Shown piece after piece: positions 60,578 through 64,000 of a DNA stretch of 64,000 nucleotides. The notes below the pieces were generated by a model. The model was not told where the DNA came from. It did no database searches and worked only from the letters and a program-made list of their open reading frames with translations. Every line of letters begins with the position of its first letter. Positions within the stretch are counted from its first letter, which is position 1. A program made the position numbers and the translations under genes. This DNA comes from Convolutriloba macropyga (taxonomy: Eukaryota): the NCBI RefSeq assembly GCF_964194025.1, contig NC_134473.1, positions 70,556,001 to 70,620,000 on the forward strand, given 5' to 3'.

Positions 60578-63500
60578 ATTGATAAGATTTAAGTGCCACT
60601 GACTGTAGTAAAGTTGAAATTGTGAAAAACGAACCTGACCTGAGAAAATGTTTGGTTTATACAATTAGACACGCATCTGATCACTTTATAAATAAGGGCC
60701 AAGGCCGATCACTCGCCCAATTTGGTAGTTATTTTAAGCGGACGTCAACCAATTTTTAATGCCATGTACACCGATTGTCTTCTCGGGCTTCTATATTTTC
60801 GGGCCAATTCGACTGCCCACTCCGAGTTATTAGCACCGGAATTAGCGTGAATTGAAGTTTCTTGATATTTTGAATAGGAAAATGAATGTTTAAGCGCGAT
60901 AGAAGGTATTTGAACCGTTGCAATGGGTCTTAAGTCTAGAGTATGGTACGAGGTGTTCTGGTTAAGATAAGTTTTTGGGTTTTCCGCTGTAAATTGGATC
61001 TTTTTGCTAGTGGATAGTTAGCACTTGTAGGGAAATAGTAATTTCTCGAAAAGTTGCAGTCGGATTGACGTGAAAATTAGACGCGGGAATCCGCCCGAGT
61101 TTGAAGTCAATTTTGAACCCCGCCCCTACAAATCCCCGTGGAACCCCCACACGCGAGTGCTGCGGGTCGTGAAATTGGAATTGCTCGTGGAGTATTGGTA
61201 GTAACCTCATAATTTTTTGAGGGTGAACCTTTTCAAGGGCTTTCTAATGGTGCTATTTTTAACTTCCGGGTACGACCGAAATTCGGTGCTTCGGGATCAC
61301 CCGAGTGCGGGGAAATTGGCTTCTTTGAGCGGCCAAATGACTTCGAAATGGTAATAATATGAGAACCTGAGACCGAGTGACAAAAAAATAGCCACCACGG
61401 TAAATTTTGACACTCGGATATTTCGGTTTTCGGCGCCCACGAATCCATTAAAAACTTCAAATTGCAAACGACTGCTAACGATTTATATTAGGATAATAAT
61501 TCTTGGCGTGGAACTAGTTGGCACCTTACAGCTCCTAAATATTTTTATTACGAGGTGATTTTGACCCCTAGAACACGGTATAAGACCGGTTGTATTTTGT
61601 TTCCCTGTGGAACACACACGAGACATGTGCGAATGTACTGCTCGTATCCTATCAAGAGTTAGGTCATAAAAATTTGTGGGTATGTGCACCTGTGTATGGA
61701 CTTTCCGCGACAATATTTATTTTCATCACCTTGACGCCCTCATCCATGATAATGACCCCTAATTGACCGGGGAATTTTCGGTTTTTGACTGGTTTTTGTA
61801 AGGGGAATTGCATGGAATGACGGGAAAAGCACCCCGAGCCATTTTTTTAGCTTTAGGTGGCTTTACTTAGTGAAATAATCATGAATGGAAAACAATGGCC
61901 TTTGAAGAACAATAGTGATACAATCAGTTCGGCGACAAACTGAAGTGCGCAAACAGATCGACAAGAATCGCAAATTTTGACGTGATGTGTTTGTTTAACG
62001 AATGGTATCCCTCCCACGGATGTCTCAGTTAGACATAAATGATTTAGGTAAGATAACGTTAACCGAAAATTAGAAAGATTTAATCAGGTGATCGAGCTAA
62101 AGTTAGGAGAAAAAGAACTGAGCTAGAGAGCAGTTGGTTTAGTGAGACTAAACCTTTGAAATTAATTTGAAGTTGCAAGACCAGTCGGAGAAATATGGGA
62201 AATTTGGTTTCTAGAAAATTCGAATGGTTCACGAAAGAGTTTGAAGTTAAACAAAGTTATTCGCAATAACATTCTTTCACTATTGTTGGTCGCTTGAGAG
62301 ATTTGTTTGAATTAGTAATGTGGGGCAGCCATTCGTATCCCTTTTAAGCTTGCTAGAGTGGACGAGGGCAAATATCGGAGAAGAGACAAGGTGGCGCTTG
62401 CTTTATCTTTTTTCTTTTTAACCTTCGGTTTGTTACCAAAATAAGGTTGATCGATCTTCTGGGCGACGAAATCCCCTCACTGTTAGCCTAGCTGAAGTTC
62501 AGAAGACGACACCTTCTAAAGGGAAAAATCCAAAACTCTTACAAAGAGCTTTTGAAATCTCCAGACAATTTTAGAACACCTATAACCCTGTGAGAACATG
62601 TCCTAAAACATTTTCGATAAAAACATGTCTTAAAATGATTTTAACTGTATTTTACATAGTCGTTTTTAATTTTCATTCGATGTGGTGCTATTAGTTGAAT
62701 TGACATGTTTCATTCAATTATTTTGTTTATCTAGGAACAGCTGATTGTCTTTGACCAAGTCAACATATTGATAACATTGTTTTTAGTCTGCTTTTTTCGT
62801 TTTGCTCATTTTCATTTTATTTGGTGATCTCTTGAGATACGTTTTATATATCGCTTTTGTCCAGGAGATCTAATTGTGAAGAAGCATAAGTTCTTATAAC
62901 TTTGCTTTGATGTCTATGATGACCATATACATTGAGTTGTACACTCTTTAGAATGGTATATAATGATAGTTCCACCTTATATTAGACGATAGAAATCATT
63001 ATCAACGCTGAAATGCGAATTACTATGTCTTAAATTTATGTCAACCAGCAAAATTGCTCTTGACGTAAAGAGACAGAACAAAGTTATCCTCCTATTATTG
63101 CGATACAATTATTGAATCGTTCTTTAGAGTCCTGAAATTTTATTTGACTTTTTTTTAGCTGATTGAAGTCACTTAATAATCAACTACTTCTTCACTTCAT
63201 ATAGAATGCATTTTTTCAGAGAGGAGGATGGAGTGAGAATGAATGGAGGAAATATTTGGTTCCTTGAAAAGAAACAACTTAACTACAATTTGTAGTCAGT
63301 CATTGACACCAGATGTTGCGGCGTGAATAAACCACAAGAAAACCAACAACAACAACAAATTGCTCCTTACTTCAATGAATGTTTCTCTTTTCTCCTAATA
63401 TTGTGTTGTAAACTAAATTTCTCTCAAATGATGGAAGTTTAGTATAAACAATTTTCGTATTAGCTATTTTCCGTTTACAGTTTAGCTATCCTAAATTAGA

Positions 63501-63852
63501 ACGAAATTCTTCAAATTTTTTATGAGCTTTCTTTGTGGGTTGTACATTTTGTCATTTTGCAGCAGCATAATTGTGCTAAAATTAACCCAAGTCCGACGAA
63601 GTTCTTCATGGTTTAGATGTTTATCGATAGTGAAAGTTGTTCGTGCCTAGTTATTGTTGTTTAGAAGACATTTATTGTCGATCGCTCTTTGCTTCATAAG
63701 CAAATCTACTATTGGATGTAATTACAGATATGCTCTAATTTGATTCACAATATTATAATCTTGAACGTTTTTCCATATTGCTTACTCCGTAAATTATACC
63801 GTTCGTTTTTATTGCTCATATTGACCGCTTCAATTTGATTGTTTAAATAAAG

Positions 63853-64000
63853 ATGGCAGTCAAAATATCAAATGGATCCGATAACGGAGATTCGAAAGAC
63901 TCGAGTCTCAATTCATCCGGATTACTGAGTTCAGAACAGTCAACCTTCACGCAATCAAAGGCCAATGATGGTAATCGGAACGGACCTTTTGTAGCGTTAT
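63853..64000 (+). CDS. Possible first coding exon running off the window (MAVKISNGSDNGDSKDSS...)
   Basis: ATG followed by 49 open codons with higher GC than the flank; no recognisable motif. Confidence 0.3.
   Translation, partial: MAVKISNGSDNGDSKDSSLNSSGLLSSEQSTFTQSKANDGNRNGPFVAL

Larger units (their letters stand above)
27802..60700 (-). repeat. ~33-kb nested tandem array of a decayed multi-exon gene (about 15 whole or partial units) with captured viral and LTR sequences
   Basis: Anchor CTTATCG(G/T)ATCCAGTG recurs 15 times (~29161 to ~59917) and TAGCGAACATGAAAT 14 times; periods ~1.0 kb (35.5-38.5 kb) and ~2.4 kb (45-59.5 kb). Confidence 0.95.

Overview
AT-rich eukaryotic (invertebrate-like) genomic DNA with spliced genes; not prokaryotic. 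The left 27 kb holds a two-exon Rab34/Rab36-like GTPase gene, a full-length but disabled BEL/Pao LTR retrotransposon (9309-17402, 5-bp TSD ACCCT), a two-exon NT5C/NT5M-like 5'(3')-deoxyribonucleotidase gene, a MITE family (GG-ended TIRs, 8-bp TSDs) and a tRNA-derived SINE. From ~27.8 to 60.7 kb there is a ~33-kb nested tandem array of about 15 whole or partial copies of a decayed, intron-containing minus-strand gene, which has an integrase-Zn/GIN-like N-terminus followed by an OTU-protease-like domain. Two foreign sequences were captured inside the array and amplified. (i) A ~680-bp fragment of a Mononegavirales (paramyxo/filo-like) nucleoprotein gene sits at the same site in six consecutive ~2.4-kb units, with an iterated templated junction; one copy keeps a 216-aa ORF. 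(ii) A head-to-tail triple of an internally deleted LTR retrotransposon retains only the C-terminal part of an envelope-like (chuvirus-G-like) gene. The unit gene, the viral fragment and the LTR element all face the minus strand, which makes the locus a candidate viral-memory/piRNA cluster or an N-derived restriction factor. Homology calls are by-eye motif comparisons from memory and need HMM confirmation.
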